Shown here: piece by piece, positions 25,901 through 35,341 of the stretch | Layout: each line of letters opens with the position of its first letter | How positions within the stretch are numbered: the first letter of the stretch is position 1 | IMG/VR virus record: IMGVR_UViG_3300017605_001304 | Span: 32,001 to 96,000 of that record | From: a virus | Length of the DNA: 64,000 nucleotides | Reading direction: 5' to 3' (one strand) | Made by a program: the position numbers and the translations under genes | The notes under the pieces: model-generated | Seen by the model: the letters and a program-made list of their open reading frames with translations, nothing else | Told to the model about the DNA's origin: nothing | The model's database searches: none

Positions 25901-28525
25901 AGGAGGCGGAGGAGGCGGAGGAGGATCACCGCCACCCGCGCCGCCCGGGCCACCGCCTGTGCCGCCGCCACCCCCGCCACCGCCCGTGTCGGTCGTCGAC
26001 CAACGGAAGCGGCGGTTCGTGGTGTCCTGTTCGATCAGGATGCCCGGACCAGCGACGAACTCGCACGGGAACTCCGGCGTGCAGTCGTTGACGATGCCAC
26101 TGGAAGGCGCCGTCCAGGTCGTGCCAACCCGCAGGCTCGTGATCAGGTCGCGCAGACGCGCACCTGAGACTTCCGGCAGGCCGGGCATCGTGCCGCTGAC
26201 CTGCTCGCGGACGATGAACTTGTCGACGATCGACGTCACCGTCTGCGTGATGTGGTTGCCGAGGATCACGCCCGCGAGCGTGCCCCAGGTGCCTGCAATC
26301 GTGGTCGTGAGGATCGGCGTCTCGTCCTGCTCCCAGCGCGTGGGATCGGTCGAGGAGCGCCACCAGACCTTGAGCGTCGGCGTCGTGCTGCCGCTGAGGC
26401 TTGCACGCAGGACCTGCCCGCGCGCCGAGTTCAGCGCCTCCGTGTCCTGCGTGCCGAGCACGTTCAGCGCAAGGCCGCCCGAGCCGTTGGGACCCACCGT
26501 GCCCCAGATCAAACGGCCCGTCGGGACCACGTACGTCGGATCCGTCGGGACCTTGCCGTTTCCGTGCGTGACGAGGACGAAGATCGCGTGGTCGACCTCG
26601 GTGCCGTTCAGCACGCCGCCCAGCAAGACGCCGCAGCCCGTCTTGTAGAGCAGCGGCTGCGTGCCATTCGAGTCGTTGTCGCCGACCTGATTGTCGCCCG
26701 ACATACGGGCCGAGATCGCGACCATCATCGCGGCGGTCGGGAAGCCACCGACCGACGTGACGTTGTTCTGATAGAGGTACGCCGCGAACGCATCCGCCAC
26801 GCCGCTGATGCAGTCGCTCGGCGCGAGCTCGATCCGGTTGTTGTTGACGCGGGCACCGAAGGTGCCGCCCTGGCTGGAGCCCGTGGTCCACGCCACGCTG
26901 TCGGCCGAGCTGCCAAGCGACGGCTGCGTCGTCGACGCGCGGTTCTTGAAGTCGTCCTTCAGATCCGGCGCGCGGTAGAGATCGCGGACGCCCGTGCCGT
27001 GCACGCCGAAGGAGTTGAACGTGCCAGAGAACGTCCCGAAGAAGCGCGAGTCCTTGGCGTCGATCAGCTCGGGGATGTCGGAGATGTGCAGCGCGGCCGT
27101 GGTCGAGTTCGGGCCCGAGGTCGAGAAGTAGTGGTCGTAGCTCCCCGTCGTGCCCTTCACGAGGCCGGACGGGTTGTAGTCGAGCGTGGTGCGCAGGCGA
27201 TACGCCTCACGCTCCGGCACGTACTTGATGTGCCGGAAGCCGTCCGGGATGGCCCGCTTCCAAGCCGGCGTCGCAGCGATGCCGGTGCGGCGGACGTTCC
27301 ACGCCCACGGGATGCCGGTGTCGCGTGCGTAGCGAACCTCGCCGTCCGCAAGGCCCGTGGCCGGCAGGAGCTGCGAAGAGTCGACCGGCGGCCCGTAGAG
27401 GCCAATCCCGGCCCAGCGGTCGACGCCACGGAGCAGGGGGACCCACTCCGGGGCAGCCTGGGTCCAGGGGCGGAACGCCTGATGGTCCTCGATCATGATC
27501 GTGCCGGTGAGCGCGTGGTCGTATTCGTCGAGGTTGATCAGCCCCGTGTTGACGCCGAGCAGGACCGAGCTCGCGTCGTTCTGGACCATCGCGATCGAGA
27601 TGTACGCCGTGCCGCCGAAGGGGTCGGTCGACGGGCCCGGCACCTGGACCAGGAGCCGGTTGTCGGCGGTGAGCGAGGCGAACGTCGCCGTCTGGTACTG
27701 CGGGAAGCCTGAGACCGTGAACGCGGTGCGGCAGAAGGTGTTGATGGTCGACGGAATGGCGCTGCGCACCATCGAGCCGTTGACCAGCGCGATCGGGACG
27801 TCGACCTCCGTCGTGTCCTTCGCCTTGATCTTGAAGTGCAGGCCATTGCGGCCGGTCAGGTCGATCGTGGCGGCGAGCACCGGGCCCAGGATCTGAGCCG
27901 GACCGCGATTGCGGAACTTGATCTCTTGCTCGAAGGTCGCGGCGTCCGCCGCCACGTTCCAAAGCGCGCCGTCAAGAGGGTCCGAGCCCCGGTACGTGTA
28001 CGGCGGGCCAGATTCGCGCTTGCTCAGCGCGAGGATCTGCTCCAAGCCATCGAACTTGTTGGTCGGGGTGTCCAGGTTGTTCGTGTACGTATCGACCTTG
28101 ACGATCGAGTTCGCCCCGGCGTAGGGCGACTTCAGCAGGACGAATCCGTCGAGCTGATAGGCCAGAGTGCCGCTACCTCCCGCGCCCGTGTACGCGGTGT
28201 TGATCGTCGTAATGACGTCGGCCAGGGTGCGAGCGTTCGCAGGCGACGCTCCACCGGTCGAGCAGTCGACGTCAAACGTCAGGTTCGTCACCACCGACGA
28301 CGACGTGTTCGTCGTGATGCGGAGGAACTTCCCGGACGACAGATCTTGGGTCCCACCCGTGGTCCAGCGCCGGTCACCGGCGAGCTGGGCAGGAGTTCTG
28401 TTCTCGGTCGGGCTGCGCAGGTGCGTCGCCAGCATGCCGAGGTTTCGACGAAGTTCACTGCTCTTAACGCGCCCGCCGTAGACCGGCAGCGTCGGGTCAA
28501 AAGCGAAGAGATCGGTAGCAGCCAT
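22922..28525 (-). CDS. Large tail fibre / receptor-binding protein (1867 aa)
   Basis: G/S/T-rich; HxH motifs (HKH, HTH, HAASH); Gly/Pro linker; downstream of the baseplate wedge genes. Confidence 0.8.
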   Translation of the reverse strand: MAATDLFAFDPTLPVYGGRVKSSELRRNLGMLATHLRSPTENRTPAQLAGDRRWTTGGTQDLSSGKFLRITTNTSSSVVTNLTFDVDCSTGGASPANARTLADVITTINTAYTGAGGSGTLAYQLDGFVLLKSPYAGANSIVKVDTYTNNLDTPTNKFDGLEQILALSKRESGPPYTYRGSDPLDGALWNVAADAATFEQEIKFRNRGPAQILGPVLAATIDLTGRNGLHFKIKAKDTTEVDVPIALVNGSMVRSAIPSTINTFCRTAFTVSGFPQYQTATFASLTADNRLLVQVPGPSTDPFGGTAYISIAMVQNDASSVLLGVNTGLINLDEYDHALTGTIMIEDHQAFRPWTQAAPEWVPLLRGVDRWAGIGLYGPPVDSSQLLPATGLADGEVRYARDTGIPWAWNVRRTGIAATPAWKRAIPDGFRHIKYVPEREAYRLRTTLDYNPSGLVKGTTGSYDHYFSTSGPNSTTAALHISDIPELIDAKDSRFFGTFSGTFNSFGVHGTGVRDLYRAPDLKDDFKNRASTTQPSLGSSADSVAWTTGSSQGGTFGARVNNNRIELAPSDCISGVADAFAAYLYQNNVTSVGGFPTAAMMVAISARMSGDNQVGDNDSNGTQPLLYKTGCGVLLGGVLNGTEVDHAIFVLVTHGNGKVPTDPTYVVPTGRLIWGTVGPNGSGGLALNVLGTQDTEALNSARGQVLRASLSGSTTPTLKVWWRSSTDPTRWEQDETPILTTTIAGTWGTLAGVILGNHITQTVTSIVDKFIVREQVSGTMPGLPEVSGARLRDLITSLRVGTTWTAPSSGIVNDCTPEFPCEFVAGPGILIEQDTTNRRFRWSTTDTGGGGGGGGTGGGPGGAGGGDPPPPPPPPPFDPSGPTYNYVSYPGTMICTGDRSFTTLWNVNLGDAINKRDPFLSMSPIDFLWNTNYLDNLNLRPTDWLTQPRRSQILDLTTYNSAEYGKSGKTAPPAHSTFGGTDWGATTAISSMIRQLVALSIDPVTGTKPSWLNGVTGTSLDTVRPYTTTGSAQSLGPTPYWVTPVATAIDLPRVAPGSGWFGLHPPSGVTALVLNEKRVYVYDAATNVWTPVNAQNAYSSLSLQDANGNSFTLNAGNPGSSFTLKGTTTNVTFSSGGSGIINMAVSGGGGSGFDVSKYLDTAVQNGTAVSGSTAINNVGQLVFNDSAFATADGGPYSADGDRVLLVDGPLKTVSSGSGSSLYERTKTKDLTWGGAGPFDASTSFSHVLNPSRYFGTDTNPTTWLGKNGRLVLSSSDAANPAGIVPGYARVYIEPWLRSTHSTQQAAVAIAAINNTDPTTINFLNRDSANSLKERWQINVYNELSTGRQSTFEITDVQNNASPLIQLFPKDSTSPFKGSAVFSGGGVFASAVASGSFVQGTQLVATGNTIGNGTVTRTISGLFDTTTNNADAIADGTNKVLMLSTERTKLATVEDCANVNPHVSLGGTVLQDGKTLDQINFINTTSATWTVTPVNIGTNSFRVDVSVAASGGGGGTLAVQETGGGSFSNITTLEFGTQGLNVSNPLAGKATVNVDAGTGLTFAANQLVADVGSTSGQVAAGSHKHNTGGYTAVDFATDVTNKSHALDPAAGIHTGNLPAKHVLVTSSFDSATQYSLGTATGGGPVIFIGRNASGPLCNESASRIFSHTHAGVGTGGQISYADLSNKPPSFNPDPHAASHLSGGSDQINGESLAVTLTPGGYTATAATMTGQLTGVSNQLVGQSYSYVTCSMPVSLSTSDTALYVLGSPTNGTNIPSGGKPVRLVEATLTLMAGLTSGQAVTVTFRNLTALTTATLTLVGAGSPVTFSTAALNLLFSSPTAKLAVSVSNDGSAATIRGGTITMKFQAQP

Positions 28526-28534
28526 GAGGCCCTC

Positions 28535-30637
28535 TTAGGTGTCCCAGCGGACGTCGTCGGCATCGAACGCCGATGCAGAAACGTCCCAGCGAGGCTCCGC
28601 CACCAGGATGGTCAAGCGGTCGGTGATGCCGACCGTTTCAAGGAAGAGCAGGAGATCGGGGATCACGTCCAGCGTGTCCGCGATTCCAACGGTTTCGGTG
28701 AACCGGTAGAGCCGGTTCAGTTGGTCGACGAAGCCGACCACCGACAGTTCATCGACTGCCGCGGCCACGAGTGCAACTTCGACGTGGATCGGACGGATGT
28801 CCTTCAGGCGCTTTACAATTCGCTGAAAGACGTCCGCAGAGAACTGGACGTTGGGGTTGAGCTTGCGCAGCAAGACCGTGATGTCGGAATCCGGGATGCG
28901 CAGGTCCGGGTTGCGGAAGCCGATGTTGCCGTTGTTCCGGCGGAACGCGAGGTTGGTGACCGCGTCTTCGCCAGCCCCGGACTTGATCAGCACGTCGGTC
29001 AGCGTCGAGGACTTGAAGTTGTCGAACTTCACGGTCGTCGGAATCGTGCCGAAGATCGGCATCGCGCACAGGAACATGTGGCTCGACGTGCCATAGCCAC
29101 CGAGGAACGTCGACCCCGTCGGGAAGTTGTCGAAGACCGGCGTCCCGTCTTGCCAAACCTGGACCGACTGCGACGCCATGCGGACCTTGAAATGGGTCCA
29201 GGTATTCGGGAACAGGATGGCCGTGGTCGCCTGCGGCGGCGTCGCATCGACCTTGAGGGTCAAGGCAGCGTCGTTGACCGTGAGACGCATCTGTGGAGAG
29301 GTACGTGTGTCGTTCGCGATCTCGAAGATCGAGAGCTTGTTGCCGGGGGCGAGGGAGATCGCGCCCAAGTTCACGTCGAACTCGAAGACGAAGTCATGGA
29401 CGCCGCAGTGCTTGCCGATGTAGGCACCGCCCGACGCGGTCGACTTCAGGTTCAAGATGCCCGACGAGACGGTGATCGTGCCGGCGCCGGCCGTGCCCGT
29501 GACGTCCCAACGCGTCGTGTCGTTCGAGCTGAAGTCGTCGGAGAAGAGCTCTCGCAGCGCCACGTTGTCGATCGCGCGCGGCTCTCCGACTGCTGGCTGA
29601 CTGAAGCTGTCGTCATGGGGCGGGAGCTCTTCAACGCCCGGCTCGTCGACCGGGGCGTGGGTGTAGTTCGAGAAGCGTTCCTGGACACGGCTCTGGAAGC
29701 CGAAGGTCTTGAAGAGCAGGCGGAACGAGTCGATGGTGCCCTTCAGCTTGTACGCCGGCACGGCACTCAGGATCTGCTGCTTCTGCAGGTCTTCCGGGTC
29801 AGTTGCTTCCGGCTCGAAGCCCACCTGCTGTGCGATGTAGTTCAAGCTGGTGAACTGCGGCGTGATCCCGAAGAGCGACGTCGCCGTCGGCGGCTGCTCG
29901 AAGGGCGAGTCGACGCCCAGGATGTAGGAGATCGGGTTGCCGGCCGGATCCTTACGCACGAAGAAGGTCGTGATGCGCTTGGTCTGGATCGGCGTGCCGC
30001 CCGGACCCGCGTAGATGCGGACGAACCAGTCGCGGTAGTAGTCCGTGGTCGGGATGATCGAGCGGCCCTGCGCATCCGTGGCCGGCAAGTAGACGAAGCG
30101 CGGCTGCGAGATCTCGAAGGCGATGTTCATCCCGCCAGCCAGCAGCGTGACCATGTCCGGCGGGAACGGCGGGAAGACGAAGACCGTGCCGACTCCTGTG
30201 GTCGCGTCGTACTCGTAGTTGACGATCTTGGTGTAGAAGTTCTCGAAGCTCTTCGGGAAGCCTGCCGCCTGATCCTCCTCGAACACGCCGTCCCCGTTCG
30301 CGTCGTACTTCGAGCGCAGGACGCGCAGGCCATAGCCGAGGTAGAAGTCGTTGAGCGGCGCGATGTTCGTCACGAGCTGGAGCAGGGTATTCGGCTGGAT
30401 CTGGCCGATGAGGAGCTTCTCGGGGTTGTTCACATAGTCGAAGACCGGATTGCCCTGATACTCGTACGTGCTGTTGATGCCGTCGACGTCGATGAGCAGA
30501 CCGAGCCCACGGATCTCGGAGCGGCAACGCTCGTACTCTTGCTGGACCGCGTCGAACAGGGTCTTGAGAGCAAGATCGGGGTCGCCTTCTCGGATCGTGT
30601 AGGGCAGGAGATCGAAGATGCGAACGGTGGACGGCAT
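28535..30637 (-). CDS. Baseplate wedge protein (P2 gpI / T4 gp7-like) with inserted beta-sandwich
   Basis: LLPYTIRE..D, LNYIAQQVG, YKLKGTIDSFRLLFKTFG, IRPIHV. Confidence 0.8.
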   Translation of the reverse strand: MPSTVRIFDLLPYTIREGDPDLALKTLFDAVQQEYERCRSEIRGLGLLIDVDGINSTYEYQGNPVFDYVNNPEKLLIGQIQPNTLLQLVTNIAPLNDFYLGYGLRVLRSKYDANGDGVFEEDQAAGFPKSFENFYTKIVNYEYDATTGVGTVFVFPPFPPDMVTLLAGGMNIAFEISQPRFVYLPATDAQGRSIIPTTDYYRDWFVRIYAGPGGTPIQTKRITTFFVRKDPAGNPISYILGVDSPFEQPPTATSLFGITPQFTSLNYIAQQVGFEPEATDPEDLQKQQILSAVPAYKLKGTIDSFRLLFKTFGFQSRVQERFSNYTHAPVDEPGVEELPPHDDSFSQPAVGEPRAIDNVALRELFSDDFSSNDTTRWDVTGTAGAGTITVSSGILNLKSTASGGAYIGKHCGVHDFVFEFDVNLGAISLAPGNKLSIFEIANDTRTSPQMRLTVNDAALTLKVDATPPQATTAILFPNTWTHFKVRMASQSVQVWQDGTPVFDNFPTGSTFLGGYGTSSHMFLCAMPIFGTIPTTVKFDNFKSSTLTDVLIKSGAGEDAVTNLAFRRNNGNIGFRNPDLRIPDSDITVLLRKLNPNVQFSADVFQRIVKRLKDIRPIHVEVALVAAAVDELSVVGFVDQLNRLYRFTETVGIADTLDVIPDLLLFLETVGITDRLTILVAEPRWDVSASAFDADDVRWDT

Positions 30638-32673
30638 CAGGATTCATCCAGCGAGGAGATGACCGTCAGCGACGTCGAGCCCAGGACCAGGGATTCGTTC
30701 TGTCCACACTTCAGGTCCGCGAACACGGTGTAGCTGGACGAAAGGGTCGGAGCCGTCGTCCAGTTCTTGTCAGTCGAGACCACCTTGGTCGTGCCGTCGT
30801 ACGAGCGCACGACGCGGTTCTGTCCGTTGCCGACGCCGTTCGTGATCCCGATCACGCGGTGCAGGAAGAAGTTGTTGACGCCGCTCTCGGTCGTAGCGAG
30901 GCCGACGCGGCGCGGATGCCAGAGGCGGAACGTGGCGCCAGCGACCGGCGCGGGGATGTCCCAGCTCGGGTCCACGGTGATCTCGTGCGCCGGCCCGTCG
31001 TAGCTCAGGATCTTGCGCGTTTGGCCAGCGGCGGGGCCCGTCAGGATCTCGATCCGGTAGTTCGCGTAGTAGCCGTCCGAGCTGACGATGGCGGTGCCCA
31101 GCGCGCTCCCTGGATCGAAGGTCAACGGCAGCTTGGTCTCGTTGATCAACACGCCGGTCTGGTCGGGCAGCGTGCCGCTGATGAGCTCACGCACGACCCC
31201 GACATTGATGTCGATCTGCGGCGACGTGACTTGGCACCAGCGCACGCCCGGCACCGACATGATCTCGTCGTAGATCCACGAGATGCGCAGTTCGTTGCCG
31301 TAGCGCACGCGGTCTTCCACGAAGATCGAGGCGACCTTCGCGTTGACGGCATCGAGCACGTCCTGGCGCACGTAGCGCGTGTCGATCTGCAGCAGGCAGT
31401 TGATATCGACGGGGATGTTCGTCCCGTTCATGACTTGGACGTAGACGGTGACGACCCGGCGCGCGTCGAGGTACTTCTGCAGGGCGTCCTTCAGCGCTTG
31501 CGGGACGCTGGCCGACAGCGTGTTGGCCGACGTCTTGGTCCAGACGTACACCGTGACGACGTTCGCGAGCCCATCCGTCGGATCGGCCAGCGCGGCCGCC
31601 TTGGCGATCGAGCCGGTGACGCCGTCCGAGAAGCCGTTCGAGAGCGTGAAGTAGTCGTTCTCCGTGATCGCGCGGTCGTTGGTCTTGACCCACAGCGGCG
31701 CGAAGAACTTGATGCTCGACGACGTCTCGCGGTCCTGCCCGCCAGTCGCGGGGCTCGGGTTCACGACGTTGAAGGTCACGGCCGTGAGCAGGTTCTTCAC
31801 GGCATTGAGCGAGCCGGAGAGCGTGTTCGCCGCGATGTTGCCGGCCGCGCCGCCTCCGACGCGATAGTCAAAGGAGACCGTCGTGTCGTTGGACGGGACC
31901 GCACCCGTGATGTTGTCGCCGAACTTGATCGTGGCCTTGTCGTTCTCGTCGATCTGGACCTGGAAGATGCTCTGGTTGTCGATGTCGGTCGGGTCCCCGA
32001 GCTGCAGCGCATTCACGCCGGTCCACTGGACCGCGCTGGAGTCCGTCGACGTGCCGCCGACGTAGCCGCGGATCGAGCCGTCGATGACCGGGAACTGGTC
32101 GAGCTTGAACGTCTGGAACGGCTGGCCGTTGCTGCGCGTCGTGAAGGTCTTGCTCTCGCCCTGCGACATGGAGATCGCGAGCGTGGTGGAGGGAAGGCCC
32201 GAGTTCACCGAGAACTGCTTGGTGGGGCCGTCCGTGCAGATGATGTTCTGGTCTTCCACGACCTCGAAGATCTGCCCGCCGGTCGAGGTGAGCTTCTGGC
32301 CACGCGCCACGGCGAACGCGTCGCCCGTGCTCACGCCCATCGTGCTCGTGTCGACGACCATGTCGACCGATGCGGCGCTGGCAAGGTAGGGCTGGTAACC
32401 GACGTTGCGGGCGAGGAGCACGATATTTCGGCGCTGCCGTGCCGTCGCGAGGTACGCCTCGTTCGCGGCCCGGTCCAGGTAGAACGCCTGGGACGCTCCG
32501 ATGTAGGCGAAGAGCTCCAGGATCGCAATCCCGAGCTGCGACTCGGTGATGTCCGAGAAGTCGCTGGAGAAGTTGTCCTTCAGGTACTGAGTCAGCGCAA
32601 CCTTGATCGAATCGAACTCACGGGCCGTGAAGTCGATGGGCGTCGGCAGTGCGATCGTCGACGAGCTCGCCAT
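30637..32673 (-). CDS. Baseplate wedge protein (baseplate J / T4 gp6-like)
   Basis: DFTAREFDSIK, EAYLATA, FGDNITG, YRVGGGAAGN, ATGGQDRET, DRAITENDY. Confidence 0.9.
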   Translation of the reverse strand: MASSSTIALPTPIDFTAREFDSIKVALTQYLKDNFSSDFSDITESQLGIAILELFAYIGASQAFYLDRAANEAYLATARQRRNIVLLARNVGYQPYLASAASVDMVVDTSTMGVSTGDAFAVARGQKLTSTGGQIFEVVEDQNIICTDGPTKQFSVNSGLPSTTLAISMSQGESKTFTTRSNGQPFQTFKLDQFPVIDGSIRGYVGGTSTDSSAVQWTGVNALQLGDPTDIDNQSIFQVQIDENDKATIKFGDNITGAVPSNDTTVSFDYRVGGGAAGNIAANTLSGSLNAVKNLLTAVTFNVVNPSPATGGQDRETSSSIKFFAPLWVKTNDRAITENDYFTLSNGFSDGVTGSIAKAAALADPTDGLANVVTVYVWTKTSANTLSASVPQALKDALQKYLDARRVVTVYVQVMNGTNIPVDINCLLQIDTRYVRQDVLDAVNAKVASIFVEDRVRYGNELRISWIYDEIMSVPGVRWCQVTSPQIDINVGVVRELISGTLPDQTGVLINETKLPLTFDPGSALGTAIVSSDGYYANYRIEILTGPAAGQTRKILSYDGPAHEITVDPSWDIPAPVAGATFRLWHPRRVGLATTESGVNNFFLHRVIGITNGVGNGQNRVVRSYDGTTKVVSTDKNWTTAPTLSSSYTVFADLKCGQNESLVLGSTSLTVISSLDES

Positions 32674-33068
32674 TAGAGGCTCCCTCCGAATCCTTCAAGC
32701 ACCAGCGAGTCCTGGTCGGCGGATTCGTTGATGACGTAAGACATGAACACGTCGAACTCGTGCGTATCGGGATGCGTGATGATCTTCACGTCCTGGATCG
32801 TGATCCGCTTTTCCCAGCGCCCGATCGCATCGATCACGTAGGTCCGCGCGAGCTGCTTCAGGACGTCGTCCATCTGGTTGAATACGAGCTCGTGCAGACG
32901 ACTACCGAACTCCGGCAGCATCACGCGCTCACCGAGCCGGGTCATCAGGATCATGCGGATGCTGCTCTGGATCAGGTCACGCGTGGTGCGCGTCGAGAAG
33001 TAGCCGCCCGACCACTTCCGGATCGGCAAGACCAGCCCGCGAAAGCGAGCAGCGAAGGACGTGGCCAT
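32673..33068 (-). CDS. Baseplate GPW/gp25-family protein
   Basis: IQSSIRMILMTRLGERVMLPEFGSRL...WEKRI. Confidence 0.92.
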   Translation of the reverse strand: MATSFAARFRGLVLPIRKWSGGYFSTRTTRDLIQSSIRMILMTRLGERVMLPEFGSRLHELVFNQMDDVLKQLARTYVIDAIGRWEKRITIQDVKIITHPDTHEFDVFMSYVINESADQDSLVLEGFGGSL

Positions 33069-33071
33069 GGT

Positions 33072-33362
33072 TCACCCCACGATGACGTTGGTCGAGCCCG
33101 GCAGGATCGCGTCGAAGCAGTCGGCGAGGTCGCCGGCTCGGACGACGGGGAACCCGCCTGCAAAGACCGTCAGCGACCCGATGAAGAACGCCGGCACAAG
33201 GTGCGTACCCGTAAACGGAAAGTGTGCCGCGGCTGCGACGACGCCTGCGCCATGCGCGACGGCCACGGGGACACCGTTGACCAGCACGGTAGGAACGCCG
33301 GTCGCTGGCAGCACGGCACCGCCGTTCACGTTGTCGAGGCCAACTCGAATGGCACCGGGCAT
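33072..33362 (-). CDS. PAAR-like spike tip protein
   Basis: AIRVG...TVLVNGVPVA...H...H...GSLTVFAGGFPVVRAGDLADC...GSTNVIVG. Confidence 0.85.
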   Translation of the reverse strand: MPGAIRVGLDNVNGGAVLPATGVPTVLVNGVPVAVAHGAGVVAAAAHFPFTGTHLVPAFFIGSLTVFAGGFPVVRAGDLADCFDAILPGSTNVIVG

Positions 33363-33369
33363 GTGGACC

Positions 33370-34527
33370 TCACGGGTTGAGCGAGATGGTCGGAGCGGTC
33401 ATGGTGATCGACGTGTCGGACGAGATGGTCATCGCGCCGGTGCAGTGCATGTTGATCTGGCCGACGGCTTCGAGAACGATCTGGCCGTTGCCGGCGTGGA
33501 TGTTGATCGCAGCGCCGGCTGCGGCGGCCGAGGTCTCGATCAGGATCTCGCTGGTCTGCGCGGAGCAAGCGACGCGGTAAACCGTGGAGCCGGTGCCCGC
33601 CTGCACGATCACGTAATCGGCCGCCTTGCCGATGATCCCGTTCGAGGCGCTCGTGATCAGGGAGAAGTTGTCGTTGTTGTCCTGCAGCACGAGCTGGACG
33701 TTCTTCTTCGTGTTGACGCGGATCTCGGACACGGTGCCCGAGCCCTTGTCGTTGATGCTGATCACGCCGCCGCCGGTCGACTGCAGCCGGATCTCCGGCT
33801 TGCTCGTGAGGTCGCTCATCGAGAAGGAGTGGCCGCCGTGCGTCACCGACTTCATGGATGGGTCGGCCGTGTCGTCGCTGTAGGTCGTGCGGTGGCCCGA
33901 GACGCTCGTCAGCACGAGCTTGGTCGGCGCCACGTCCCAGAAGGTCAGGTTGTGGCCGGCGCCGCTCTGCAGCTCGAAGCGCTTGCGCGAGGCGTGGTCG
34001 TCTTGGGTCAAGACGTGGAGCTGAGAGGCGAGGACGACGTCGGGCGTCGACGGGCTGTCGTCCAGGAGCAGAAACCGCCCACCCGGGGTGGCGAGCTCGT
34101 GCACCTGGGTCGCGCCCAGGATCGTCTGAGACGCGTTCGAGCCCGGGAAGGCGTTCGTGCCGAGCCCGTTGTTGCTGGCGCTGTCGGCGGCCCGGCCGCG
34201 GACCTCCACGGGGCTCTCCGTCTGCCGGTAGACCGTCCCCAGGCAGATCGGCTTGGACGGGTCCCCGTGGAAGAAGCCGACGACGACCTGGGCGCCCACC
34301 TGGGGCACCCAGTAGGCCCCGGAGCCCGGGGCCCCGCCGAAGCTCACGTACGGCGCCCAGGGCAGGCTCTCGGTCGGCTCCTGGTTCTTGTCCTCGTGGT
34401 GGACCTGAAAGACCCGGATCTTGACCCGCCCCAGGCGCTCGGGGTCCTGGATGTCCTCGACGGTGCCGAAAAAGAGCCCCGTCCAGATGTGCCGGGTGCC
34501 GGAGACCTCTTCGTCGAGCGTGCCCAT
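33370..34527 (-). CDS. Baseplate central spike (gp5/gpV OB-fold + beta-helix)
   Basis: DPERLGRVKIR, VPQVGAQVVVGFFHGDPSKPICLG, repeated xSGH beta repeats, ends ISLNP. Confidence 0.9.
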   Translation of the reverse strand: MGTLDEEVSGTRHIWTGLFFGTVEDIQDPERLGRVKIRVFQVHHEDKNQEPTESLPWAPYVSFGGAPGSGAYWVPQVGAQVVVGFFHGDPSKPICLGTVYRQTESPVEVRGRAADSASNNGLGTNAFPGSNASQTILGATQVHELATPGGRFLLLDDSPSTPDVVLASQLHVLTQDDHASRKRFELQSGAGHNLTFWDVAPTKLVLTSVSGHRTTYSDDTADPSMKSVTHGGHSFSMSDLTSKPEIRLQSTGGGVISINDKGSGTVSEIRVNTKKNVQLVLQDNNDNFSLITSASNGIIGKAADYVIVQAGTGSTVYRVACSAQTSEILIETSAAAAGAAINIHAGNGQIVLEAVGQINMHCTGAMTISSDTSITMTAPTISLNP

Positions 34528-34576
34528 GGGGCTCCTGGTGCGCTTAGGGCGCGGAGAGATTTCTGGAAAATGCCTG

Positions 34577-34604
34577 TTGACCAGACCTGTAATACAGGTA
34601 TCTT
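34577..34604 (+). promoter_or_regulatory. Sigma70-type promoter with operator (copy 4)
   Basis: TTGACC-16 bp-TATCTT with ACCTGTAATACAGGT at 34585-34599; upstream GAGAGATTT and leader AACCCGAGGAGAGA shared with copy 1. Confidence 0.75.
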
Positions 34605-34649
34605 CGGGGGCGTTGACGAGGACGACCTGAGCAACCCGAGGAGAGAGCC

Positions 34650-35108
34650 ATGCGAATCGCGATGTCCAAGGCCCAGCAGCTCTGCGATCAGATGCGGGAC
34701 GAGCTGAACGCCGGGATCGAGTTCAACAAGCGGATGTTCGTCGTCCCGATGGCCAACGACGACAACGGGCGCTTCAGCCATGTCGAAGTCCGCTACACCA
34801 AGGTGCTGTGCTCCGGCTCGATCTCCGACGTGTCGCGCTGGATCGGTGGCTTCCGCGCTGGCCTCGTCTTCTCCGGCGCGGCTCCGGTTGAGGTCCCTGC
34901 GCAGCGCGTCTGCTGGATCTTCGAGTGGGAAGGCGGCGGCTTCAACACGGTCATCGCGGCCACGAAGGACGAGGCGCTCACCCTCGCTGGCAAGATCAGC
35001 TCCACGCTCGTCCCGAACGTCGACTCGCTCCGCCCCCACAAGTCCGAGCCCGGCGACAAGTGGGGCCGCGACGTCATCGAGATCCGCTACTCCGGCATGT
35101 GCGACTGA
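34650..35108 (+). CDS. Hypothetical protein, array B
   Basis: SD GAGGAG; contains FEWEGGGFNTVIA. Confidence 0.7.
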   Translation: MRIAMSKAQQLCDQMRDELNAGIEFNKRMFVVPMANDDNGRFSHVEVRYTKVLCSGSISDVSRWIGGFRAGLVFSGAAPVEVPAQRVCWIFEWEGGGFNTVIAATKDEALTLAGKISSTLVPNVDSLRPHKSEPGDKWGRDVIEIRYSGMCD

Positions 35109-35120
35109 GGAGAAACGACC

Positions 35121-35339
35121 ATGCACCAGACGCAAAACTGGCACACGAAGATCAAGGTCATGCGCGCGACCTCGACCCGCGCCATCAACAAGGCCATCGT
35201 CGAGCTCCGCGCCGAGAGCAAGCGGCTGTGGTCGCTGTACGAGGCCGAGACGGACGCGCTGGTGAAGCACCGGACGCAGCAGAAGTTCTGCGCGCTGGAC
35301 AAGGCGATCAACATGCTCGAAACCGCGAAGGGAGTCTGA
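35121..35339 (+). CDS. Hypothetical protein, array B
   Basis: SD GAGGAG; helical 72 aa. Confidence 0.7.
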   Translation: MHQTQNWHTKIKVMRATSTRAINKAIVELRAESKRLWSLYEAETDALVKHRTQQKFCALDKAINMLETAKGV

Positions 35340-35341
35340 CC

